Below are positions 38,971-46,956 of a stretch of 64,000 nt of DNA, one piece after another. The translations under genes were made by a program, and so were the position numbers. Each line of letters opens with the position of its first letter. The first letter of the stretch is position 1. The notes under the pieces are model-generated. The model searched no databases, was not told the DNA's origin, and saw only the letters and a program-made list of their open reading frames with translations. Source of the DNA: Proteobacteria bacterium UBA2136 (GTDB lineage Bacteria; Pseudomonadota; Alphaproteobacteria; UBA2136); NCBI GenBank assembly GCA_002328405.1, contig DCXM01000006.1:18873-82872 (forward strand). The letters run 5' to 3'.

Positions 38971-38999
38971 AAAAAAGCCTCCCAAAACGGAGGCTTTTT
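38971..38999. terminator. Bidirectional terminator
   Basis: AAAAAGCCTCC-caaaac-GGAGGCTTTTT between convergent genes. Confidence 0.85.
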
Positions 39000-39004
39000 C
39001 GATA

Positions 39005-40033
39005 TTAGCTTTTACAAGCAGGGCAACGCTTTTTAGCAAGTTGACCATCGGTTGCAATAAGCGGTGGCTCTGGGACATACTCTTCCACTGAACAAGGTTT
39101 GGGCTGGCCGTTCACTTCTGGCGCAAGGCACATAAACACCATACCTTGAAAAGTGTCATCGTTCACAAAACCCCACACATAAGTGGCCCCGAAAAGGGAC
39201 GCTGAAGGGGTATCCATCACATGCATGATTTGACGTATATGCGGATGCACATAACAAGACATTGGATGCATCAATGAAACGGGTACATTTTCACCTGATT
39301 CATTCGCAAGTGTCATTTCAACCTGTGTACCCTCGTCTTTGACCAGATGCGTAACACATTGCTCTGGCGTGGCCGAAGCGACCACATCCAACTGCTCTTT
39401 TGACAATGGCAACAGTCTATACAAAACCGCACCCGAATGTTGTTGTGGTAAATTGCGGATATAATCCGGCTTTAAGCTTAAAATTAAAGGCATCAAATCT
39501 GCCGCACCTTTACTGGCACAACAACCACCCTTTTCAACCCATGAAACATTGGGTTTACCCGTATTATTCAGGCCAAATTCTTTCACCCAATCTACATGCG
39601 CATAAGCAAAAACTTGAACTGAGCCATGCCTTGGGTCACCTTCGTCAAACAAACGGAAACCAAAGTTAAAGTAACTTGGCACAATACCTAGTGGTGCATA
39701 TTGCATATGTAAAAAGTCACGCAAAGTGTCATGCACCCATGAATCTACGCCGCTTTCTGGCATGGCCAGTTGAATGTTTTGAACTTTGCTATTTTCTTCA
39801 ATTTGGATGGGTGCTTTATCACCCTTTGCATTTTGCACAAAAAGTGCAAATTTTGAAACTTCAATTTGGATAACCCACTTGGCAAGGTTTGCTGGGATGA
39901 AACCCAAATCAAAGTATGTACATTGACCCGTCACGTTAAAAGTTAAATGTGAGCTTAACGCAGCCGTAGCCGCTTTGTCATAACCCATTTGAGTTGCATA
40001 AGGGCCAACGCCCGTGGTGTGTTTTTCGCACAT
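39005..40033 (-). CDS. Hypothetical Cys-containing protein, 342 aa
   Basis: ATG 40033 with GGAGA RBS; MCEKH N-terminus, GGCC, terminal CPAC; no family recognised. Confidence 0.75.
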   Translation of the reverse strand: MCEKHTTGVGPYATQMGYDKAATAALSSHLTFNVTGQCTYFDLGFIPANLAKWVIQIEVSKFALFVQNAKGDKAPIQIEENSKVQNIQLAMPESGVDSWVHDTLRDFLHMQYAPLGIVPSYFNFGFRLFDEGDPRHGSVQVFAYAHVDWVKEFGLNNTGKPNVSWVEKGGCCASKGAADLMPLILSLKPDYIRNLPQQHSGAVLYRLLPLSKEQLDVVASATPEQCVTHLVKDEGTQVEMTLANESGENVPVSLMHPMSCYVHPHIRQIMHVMDTPSASLFGATYVWGFVNDDTFQGMVFMCLAPEVNGQPKPCSVEEYVPEPPLIATDGQLAKKRCPACKS

Positions 40034-40135
40034 AAGGTATTCTCCGCAGAAGGGGTAAAAAGAAGATGTGTCTCTCATGAAATAAGAAGTCTTCTTTTTA
40101 GCAAAACCCTTGGATATCTGCAAGAGAAAACCAAG

Positions 40136-41461
40136 CTATGCCACGGCCTTCTTTGCATCATAAAACTGTACAAAAGCGCCCACACCACAGCTTAGGGAGT
40201 ATGCTTCGTAGCCCTGCTCCCTTGCAAAGGCCGCAAAGCGTGTTGAAACATCCCCACGCATGCAAGCAAACACAATCGGCTGATTTTGTGGGAACGGTTT
40301 ACCGTTGTCCAGCATTTGCTCTAAAAATGTGTCCTGAATGTTGATGGAACCTTGAATATGGCCAATGGAATAACCAAAGGCGCCACGCGTGTCCACCACC
40401 AAGGGTTTGGTGTCACTCTCAAACATTTGCATCAAGCCTTCAGCGTCCACACTGGGTGCGTTTTGAACTTTGTCGCTAGGCAATGTTTGCACACGCAATT
40501 GATTGCTTGGTTTTTCCTCAAACATTTCAGGGCATGCCTTTTGAACATAGTCCATGTAAGGCTCCATCCGATCGCAAGCAATAAACACCGCTTTGTGGCG
40601 TTTTTCACCGTTTAAGCCTTTGTCAATCTCGCGCAGTTTTTCCAGCATACGGTGGTAGCCAAGACCACCCGTTGGACCACACATCACACCGCACTTGCTG
40701 TTCAACTCACGCATGCCTGCGGTGGCTTGTTGCTTGGTACCAGCAATAATTTCGTCATAATGGTCTGGGTTAAAAATACCCACTTCCCACATTTCACTTT
40801 TTGAACGACCACCAGGTGCGTTGTGTCCAGTTTCTGTTATCACGCCAAAAACTTTTGTTTGCGGGTTTTTCTCACGCAGATAATTGCCAGCCCCCAACGT
40901 GGTACCAGATGTGCCAAGCACTGCAAAAAAGTAGTCTACATCGCCAAGGTCATCGTAAATTTCTTTGCCTGTGGTTTCAAAATGGATTTTAGGATTGTTA
41001 CTGTCCCCAAATTGGTCAATCAAGTGAAATTTATCTGGGCTTTGGTTCACCATACGCTCGGCGTATTGGATCATATCGTTTGGGTCAAACGGGTTTGGAC
41101 ATTGGGTCAGCGCTGGCAGTTCTTCAATTTCTGCGCCCAAAAACTTCAACTGATTTCTCACCTCTTTATAAGGCATTTTGTTACTGACAATATAAGGCTG
41201 CAAGCCCAAATAATGGCTGATACCGCTCACTGCTTTCGCCGTATTAGCGTTGGAGACAATCACAGGTTTTTTACCCGTATTTTTCATCTCCTCAACGTGG
41301 TCTTTCATCAAGCCGTATGCAATGCGATCCTTCACCGAGCCATAAGGGTTCATATATTCCAACTTGGCATAGACATCGATATGCTTCAAACCATGAACAT
41401 CGGCAGGGATTTTTAACATGGGCGTCTGGCCAATCATGTCAATCACAGAGTTATAAATCAT
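40136..41461 (-). CDS. PLP-dependent cysteine synthase-family enzyme fused to a C-terminal rhodanese domain
   Basis: IGQTPM, KLEYMNPYGSVKDRIA (PLP Lys), QF..NNP..HFETTG.EI, GTSGT; rhodanese VVDTRG..GHIQGSINI..FACMRG..S. Confidence 0.9.
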   Translation of the reverse strand: MIYNSVIDMIGQTPMLKIPADVHGLKHIDVYAKLEYMNPYGSVKDRIAYGLMKDHVEEMKNTGKKPVIVSNANTAKAVSGISHYLGLQPYIVSNKMPYKEVRNQLKFLGAEIEELPALTQCPNPFDPNDMIQYAERMVNQSPDKFHLIDQFGDSNNPKIHFETTGKEIYDDLGDVDYFFAVLGTSGTTLGAGNYLREKNPQTKVFGVITETGHNAPGGRSKSEMWEVGIFNPDHYDEIIAGTKQQATAGMRELNSKCGVMCGPTGGLGYHRMLEKLREIDKGLNGEKRHKAVFIACDRMEPYMDYVQKACPEMFEEKPSNQLRVQTLPSDKVQNAPSVDAEGLMQMFESDTKPLVVDTRGAFGYSIGHIQGSINIQDTFLEQMLDNGKPFPQNQPIVFACMRGDVSTRFAAFAREQGYEAYSLSCGVGAFVQFYDAKKAVA

Positions 41462-42954
41462 AAAATACTTCCTTCTTCAATTAAGTAAGGGTTAAAGCGG
41501 TCCTCGCTCATAAAGCGCCAGCCATCTTGAGCGCTTATGGCAACAATTTTTTGCCCCATTGGGTGTTGATGCACAGGTGCGTCGTGAAAGTCTGCCGTGT
41601 AACCTGCGGTGTTGATAAAGCACAAGTAGTCGCCAGCTTTAGGCTTGCCTTTAAGCACCACTTTTCGTTTAACCATAATGTCAAAGTCTGTACACAGGTT
41701 GCCCACAAGGTATGTTGAAAAGGTTTCGCTTGCATCTTCATCTTCTGTCAACAAAACAGGGTCGGCCATCTGTTCCGTAATATTGAAAGACAAGTTAAAT
41801 ACATTACCGTCTAAAACAGTCATGTGTTCACCTTTATTATTAAAGCGGGTGTCCACAATTTTAAACAAGATAATCCCGCACTGATCATAAGCCGACACAC
41901 CCGGCTCTAAAGCAAGCGTAAAAACGCACTCTAACAAAGTTTGGTGGCTTGTTCGACTATACAGCGTTTGGACATTCATCATCTTTTTCACACAAGGTCC
42001 ATAATCATCTAACTTGAAAAAGCCCATCAAACCTTCTCTTCCAGAAACACGATTTTGATTTCCAGCAGCAATAGAATAACCATACCTGCGCCAGGTATAT
42101 GTTTCCTTATTATTCTTTAAAGCATCTGAAAGGTGGTCAACAAACGCTTCACACTCCTCTATTTTTTCATATATATTTTTAAGCAAGCTCCCGCCCACAT
42201 CGATTGTTTTAGGTGAAAAACCCTGTTCATATGCATCTTTAAATAAAGTCAGTAAAAAATCTAACTCTTCAGCCCGAAGGTCTCCATCGCTCTCCCCTGA
42301 ATGCATATGAAAACCATCCAAATTTACATTCGGATTTTCTTTTAATAAATTATAACAAGCCTCTAAGTCGCACATGGGTATCCCAAAGCGAGAAATCTTA
42401 CCGCCGTAGGGTGCATCGGCGCTGTTGATTCTTAAAAGGACATTTCTTTTTTCCTGCGGTGCAATTTTTTCACAAGCTTTAATGTAGCGCTCTAACTCCT
42501 CTATCGAGTCCACACTGTGGAGGCAACCATGCTGAATGGAAAGGGTGATATAGTCATCATTTTTACTGCCCGTACAGCAGATATTTTGCCCCGAAAAGCC
42601 ATTTTTAAGTGCGGAAATCAATTCGTTTTTGGAGGACACATCTAAACCTGTGTTTTCCGCCCTTGCTTGTTTGATCAGCGCATTGGACTTGCTGGGCTTG
42701 TGAGACACAAAAATGCGTGGCTCAATGCCATATTCACCAAAAATTTGACGCATTTCTGCAATATTCTGCTTCATTTGCTGTGGCAACACCACATGAATAT
42801 GCCCTTCTGGCAAAACTTGAACGGCCTGCAACAGCTTTTCTTTATTTGCTAAAAGCGACTGCACCAAAGGGCTTTGCTTCGCTGTCAGCGTGGGCACACC
42901 TGCATGCAAGTTTTCAGTGGTTTTATTTTCCGCTTGGGCAAGTTGTGCGCTCAT
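41458..42954 (-). CDS. PLP-dependent fold-III decarboxylase (diaminopimelate/ornithine decarboxylase-like, Y4yA-like)
   Basis: SHKPSKS (PLP Lys), DVSSKNEL, SVDSIEEL, SRFG, GFHMH, IDVGG, LEPG, VGNLC, NTAGY. Confidence 0.85.
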   Translation of the reverse strand: MSAQLAQAENKTTENLHAGVPTLTAKQSPLVQSLLANKEKLLQAVQVLPEGHIHVVLPQQMKQNIAEMRQIFGEYGIEPRIFVSHKPSKSNALIKQARAENTGLDVSSKNELISALKNGFSGQNICCTGSKNDDYITLSIQHGCLHSVDSIEELERYIKACEKIAPQEKRNVLLRINSADAPYGGKISRFGIPMCDLEACYNLLKENPNVNLDGFHMHSGESDGDLRAEELDFLLTLFKDAYEQGFSPKTIDVGGSLLKNIYEKIEECEAFVDHLSDALKNNKETYTWRRYGYSIAAGNQNRVSGREGLMGFFKLDDYGPCVKKMMNVQTLYSRTSHQTLLECVFTLALEPGVSAYDQCGIILFKIVDTRFNNKGEHMTVLDGNVFNLSFNITEQMADPVLLTEDEDASETFSTYLVGNLCTDFDIMVKRKVVLKGKPKAGDYLCFINTAGYTADFHDAPVHQHPMGQKIVAISAQDGWRFMSEDRFNPYLIEEGSIL

Positions 42955-42957
42955 GTT

Positions 42958-43920
42958 TTAAACTCCTAATTCCTGTGCGGCTTTGGCGTATGAAAAATTC
43001 GGGTCAATTTGTTGCATCAAGTCGCCACCACAAAAAACGTTGCCCCAACCCTCCGCTTTAATTTTGTGGAAAGTTTCACCTAATTTTTGATACTTATCCC
43101 AGTCTTTGGGTGTGTTCATCACTTTTTCAAGGACTGTATGCAAAGCGTTTAAATTTTCTGGCTCCAGCGTTTCAATGTTTGCCCAAACGCCACGCTCTTG
43201 CTGGCGGACAAATTTTGAAGAGCCAAGGTGTGTAATCAAGTCGTCACCCACTTTTTCACGGATAAATTCAAGGTCACTCTCATCTTCCACTTTGTTGGCC
43301 ACCACATAAAGAGGGATGCCATAGTCCTTGCCATATTGCATACACTGGTCATAAACAGCCATGGATTTGAGGGTTGGCTCCAACACCAAAACAACAGCGT
43401 CAAAGCGGCTGAACATGCCGGATGTATACGGGTCGGAACCTGCCGTCATATCCACCACTACCAACTCGTCAGAGCTGTCGATAAAGTGGTTTAAAAACAT
43501 GGTCACCGCACCGGTGTAGGTGTGGTAGCAGGTTTCTGCCATATTCTCATTTTTAAAGGTACCTGCGGTTAAAAAGCGTAAATTTTCGTCTTTATAGGCA
43601 AATTCGTCCCAAACAGGGCTTTGACTTTGACTGGTAAAAAGGTGAGAGCCTTCCCCTGCCGGTGTGGACTCGATCATTTGGTCAATGCTTGTGAGGTACG
43701 CATGGTTTGTGCCCAAAATTTCCCGCAGACGGGCTTCATTGTTGCCAAGGCTCTTGATGTTCAAGCCTTCCTCTTTTAACCCAAGCGCTGCACTTAAGTG
43801 CTGGTTCATGTCGCCATCAATGGCTGTTACCTGTTTACCTTGACTTAAAGCATAACGTATAAACAACGAAGAAACCGTTGTTTTACCACTTCCACCTTTT
43901 GCAACAAATGCCACACGCAT
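42958..43920 (-). CDS. CooC-like MinD/ParA (SIMIBI) ATPase
   Basis: AKGGSGKTT deviant Walker A, IDGDMNQHL, CYH, VVVDMTAG, VLEPTLKS, VANKV; AAGGAGG RBS. Confidence 0.88.
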   Translation of the reverse strand: MRVAFVAKGGSGKTTVSSLFIRYALSQGKQVTAIDGDMNQHLSAALGLKEEGLNIKSLGNNEARLREILGTNHAYLTSIDQMIESTPAGEGSHLFTSQSQSPVWDEFAYKDENLRFLTAGTFKNENMAETCYHTYTGAVTMFLNHFIDSSDELVVVDMTAGSDPYTSGMFSRFDAVVLVLEPTLKSMAVYDQCMQYGKDYGIPLYVVANKVEDESDLEFIREKVGDDLITHLGSSKFVRQQERGVWANIETLEPENLNALHTVLEKVMNTPKDWDKYQKLGETFHKIKAEGWGNVFCGGDLMQQIDPNFSYAKAAQELGV

Positions 43921-43936
43921 ATTTTTAAACCTCCTT

Positions 43937-43994
43937 TGTTAAGATTTAACAATATAATCCGAACAGTCGGCGTTGTAAATGTTAAATTTTAACA
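43937..43994 (-). promoter_or_regulatory. Sigma70 promoter bracketed by two TGTTAA-N3-TTAACA operators
   Basis: Boxes at 43937-43951 and 43980-43994; minus-strand -35 TTTACA (43974-43979), 17-nt spacer, -10 TATATT (43951-43956). Confidence 0.8.
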
Positions 43995-44025
43995 AAAAAG
44001 AAGCCTCCACAAACGGAGACTTCTT
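43995..44025 (-). terminator. Intrinsic terminator
   Basis: Minus strand AAGAAGTCTCC-gtttgt-GGAGGCTTCTT-TTTT. Confidence 0.75.
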
Positions 44026-44031
44026 CAAATT

Positions 44032-44679
44032 TTATTCGCTATCAGGCAAGATAATCTTACCGCCTTTCTCGTCCTGAATGGTGGCGTTCAGGTACTTTTC
44101 CAACCCTTGAACCCGTAAAATATCCATACGTTCGGCTGGTGTCAGCTTGTTCAGTTTGGCAAGCTCCCCTTCAAAGCGTGACCGCAGTTGCGGGTCAATC
44201 ATCAAAAGCGCTGCCGTAGCTGAACAACCAGGGCAATCAATGTGTCCAACTTTATGCTTCATATGCGTGTGATGATCACCATAGCGGTGGTCCAAGCTAT
44301 GCAAAAATTGCTTATTCACTTTTGCCAGCTCCTTCGCAAAGTCATCATCATCCAAAGCATCATCCATCACCAATTGAATGTAAATCAGCGCCCATTCAGC
44401 ATTAAAGTCCAAACAACCGGAAAGGGCTTGCCACAAAATGTTACGACGTGCCTCATCTCCCAGCAGTTTCCATGGTTCCGGGTCATTTTCTTCAAAGTAC
44501 TCCGGCGGAAGTTGACCAGTTCTAGCCAGCCACACCGCCTCATAAGGCCCGTAAAGGTCGCCCCTTCTGTTTGGGTCGTCCTTATTTTCAAGCTTTTGAA
44601 TTTGACGAAAAATTTCTGCCGCTTGGGTGGACAAAATAACGCCGTCTGGCGTAATTGATGTAATGTTCATATAAAACAA
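44032..44679 (-). CDS. Hypothetical protein with His-rich/CxxC segment
   Basis: GAGGAG RBS (TTG 44679 or ATG 44670); HSLDHRYGDHHTHMKHKVGHIDCPGC. Confidence 0.8.
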   Translation of the reverse strand: MFYMNITSITPDGVILSTQAAEIFRQIQKLENKDDPNRRGDLYGPYEAVWLARTGQLPPEYFEENDPEPWKLLGDEARRNILWQALSGCLDFNAEWALIYIQLVMDDALDDDDFAKELAKVNKQFLHSLDHRYGDHHTHMKHKVGHIDCPGCSATAALLMIDPQLRSRFEGELAKLNKLTPAERMDILRVQGLEKYLNATIQDEKGGKIILPDSE

Positions 44680-44700
44680 ACTCCTCAGGTAAAAATCAAA

Positions 44701-45072
44701 TCAATGAAAACGAAAGTGATGCACATGAAAAATGTGACCTTCCGCCATAAAAATAATGAAATCCACAATCAGCAGAAAAACAGTTGCACAAACAAACGCA
44801 ATGGCTTTGTTGCTCTTCTTTTTTTGTTTCAACAAAAAGTAAACAGACAAAGAAACACTTAAAAACGCCGTAAGCAACAATCATAGGTGATACTGATGAA
44901 TCCACACAAAAACAGGGTGAGTCAACCAATGATGCATTGTTAAACTGCCCGATGCAAAAAAACCAATCACCGCTAAAACGATGGGCAACAGGCAACAAAA
45001 CACATGCGGTAACAAAGCCAATGTGGAGTAAACACTGGTAAGCCAATGTGGCCATTTTTTAGGTTGCGACAT
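44701..45072 (-). pseudogene. His-rich 3-TM membrane protein with HxxCC motif (MerC/MerT-like), interrupted by an in-frame TGA at 44881-44883
   Basis: AAGGAGG RBS; MSQPKKW...PHVFCCLLPIVLAVIG...HHWLTHP...HQYHL*LLLTAFLSVSLSVYFLLKQKKKSNKAIAFVCATVFLLIVDFIIFMAEGHIFHVHHFRFH*. Confidence 0.7.
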
Positions 45073-45102
45073 AACAACCTCCTTAAAAAGAAAAAGTGCT
45101 TC

Positions 45103-45140
45103 TGTTAAAAATTAACAATTATACTTGTTACAGATTCACA
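45103..45140 (-). promoter_or_regulatory. TGTTAA-N3-TTAACA operator plus a degenerate copy flanking a TATAAT -10
   Basis: TGTTAA-AAA-TTAACA (45103-45117), minus-strand TATAAT (45118-45123), TGTTAC-AGA-TTCACA (45126-45140). Confidence 0.75.
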
Positions 45141-45203
45141 GCAAACTGTCAATGGAAATGTATGCAAACCAGCCTAGCTGATGAAAAATTTAGGCAAAGC
45201 CTA

Positions 45204-45923
45204 TTATTTACGCCTGTTATACCACCAAAAATGCGTGCTTTTTTGAAAGCGTGCCAACAGCGGAAAAAATGGCAGAAGCATAAAAAGCAACAAAACTTCA
45301 TACCATGCATGGGTTTCAAATTTACGGGCGGAGGATACCACCTTTTCAGTGGTAATAATTTGAATGAACCTGCCCTGACGCTTGGACCATTTGCGCAAAG
45401 CCATAAAAAAGTACGCCTCCTCCGTGGCATAAACCCGCTCGTCAAAACCGCCAACACCATCAAAAGCATCTTTTAGACAAAACACAAAGCATCCTGCGCC
45501 AATTTTAGCCAAACGGCTAAAAGCATTCCAACCATGAAGGGGCAGTTCCATTAAAAATGACACTTTTTGATCCAGCTGAACCAAAGCACCGCCCCCACTT
45601 GCGCCTGCTTCAATGGCCGAAAATGCACTTTCCACCAAGGAAGTTGTTAGCAACGTGTCCGCATCAACAAAAATTAAAACACGACCTTTGGCATGTTTTT
45701 CTCCTGCGTTACGGGCACGAGCAATGTGATTTTGAGGCTCAAACACAACTTTCACTCCATAGGACTTCGCAATTTCCGCTGTTTTATCATCAGAATTGTT
45801 ATTTACAACAATCACTTCACCTTGTTGGCCCTGCAAGGCATCCACCACACTTTGCACCGAAGCAAGGGTTTGCGGTAGGTAATCTTCTTCGTTATAGGCT
45901 GGAATAATAATTGAGTAATCCAC
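45204..45923 (-). CDS. Glycosyltransferase family 2
   Basis: SIIIPAYNEE, EVIVVNNNSDDKT, ARARNAG, LIFVDADT, GGFDE, SSARKF. Confidence 0.92.
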   Translation of the reverse strand: MDYSIIIPAYNEEDYLPQTLASVQSVVDALQGQQGEVIVVNNNSDDKTAEIAKSYGVKVVFEPQNHIARARNAGEKHAKGRVLIFVDADTLLTTSLVESAFSAIEAGASGGGALVQLDQKVSFLMELPLHGWNAFSRLAKIGAGCFVFCLKDAFDGVGGFDERVYATEEAYFFMALRKWSKRQGRFIQIITTEKVVSSARKFETHAWYEVLLLFMLLPFFPLLARFQKSTHFWWYNRRK

Positions 45924-45998
45924 AAGGCACGCCTTTTGTCATTTTGCTGTTATTCAATAAGCCATCGTAACACAAAAAACAGTTAACCAAAAGGTTAA

Positions 45999-46391
45999 TT
46001 AAGTTGATTCCACAAAGGAAACCATCACTTCCATCATGCTGACAAAGCCACGCATGTGACCAGACTCATCAACAATGGGCAGATGATGGACATTGTTGTC
46101 AGACATCAATTTCATTGCCTCTTGGATAGATGTTTGCGGTGTGCACACCACAATATCAAGCGACATAATGTCCTCTATCTTACTTTTTTTAGCTAGCTCA
46201 CCGTCTTCGCCAAGGCAACGTACAAGATCATGCTCGGTCACCACGCCGCAAAGCGCTTTGCTTTCATCCACCACCACAGCTGCCTTGTAGCCATTGCGGC
46301 TAAACAGGCGCACTGTTTCATGCACATTGTCATAAATACTAATTTGTGGGACATCTCTTTTACGCTTTTCTACAATCTGTCCAATGTTCAT
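45999..46391 (-). CDS. CBS domain pair protein
   Basis: VVVD..LCGVVTEHDL, IEDIMS, EAMKLMSDNNVHHLPIVD. Confidence 0.92.
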   Translation of the reverse strand: MNIGQIVEKRKRDVPQISIYDNVHETVRLFSRNGYKAAVVVDESKALCGVVTEHDLVRCLGEDGELAKKSKIEDIMSLDIVVCTPQTSIQEAMKLMSDNNVHHLPIVDESGHMRGFVSMMEVMVSFVEST

Positions 46392-46418
46392 CTAACTTCT
46401 GCCTTTATTGTTATTTTT

Positions 46419-46733
46419 TTAGTGAAGGTCTAAATGTTTCACCTCTAATGCGTTGGCCATACTCATAATGTCGGCAAATGAAACTTCGGTCACGGGACGT
46501 CTGGCACGCCTTTCAATATATTTAACCGCCTGACGAAAAATGTCCGTGCGAAACTCATCTAAGATAGAGCTACGGGGTGCTTTAAACTGAACAACCCAGC
46601 CAAACTTGTTTTTATCGCTTTTTTCGAACCAAACATCCACCGGACAGCGTAATGAGTGGTCATAAAACACAATGCCGCCATCGCCGTGATCCGCAGCACG
46701 CATTTCTAATTTATTTGCAAATGTTGCTATCAT
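46419..46733 (-). CDS. Hypothetical protein (104 aa)
   Basis: ATG with AAGGA upstream; fills the gap co-directionally with the CBS gene. Confidence 0.65.
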   Translation of the reverse strand: MIATFANKLEMRAADHGDGGIVFYDHSLRCPVDVWFEKSDKNKFGWVVQFKAPRSSILDEFRTDIFRQAVKYIERRARRPVTEVSFADIMSMANALEVKHLDLH

Positions 46734-46889
46734 GTTTTTAAAGTCCTTATTCCACTTACATACTTATAGTCTAATAAACAAATAAATAACTGAATCATAA
46801 AATAATAATGGTGGCTCATTTGCCCTAAAATGGCAAAAATCACCATCAATCATCAGACATGTACTGTAAGACTTTTCCACCCAAACAAC

Positions 46890-46917
46890 AAAAAAAAGAG
46901 CGCCCGAAGGCGCCCTT
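46890..46917 (-). terminator. Terminator of dnaG-rpoD
   Basis: Minus strand AAGGGCGCC-ttcg-GGCGCTCTT-TTTTT. Confidence 0.85.
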
Positions 46918-46956
46918 ATAGTCTTCTAAAAAAGTGATTTTTCAAGTCAAACTTTT

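Noticed and set aside
44696-45055. 119-aa Cys-rich ORF in the track, suggesting a frameshift
   Set aside because: The RBS-bearing frame from 45072 continues in frame past one TGA and gives a coherent membrane protein; no frameshift is needed.
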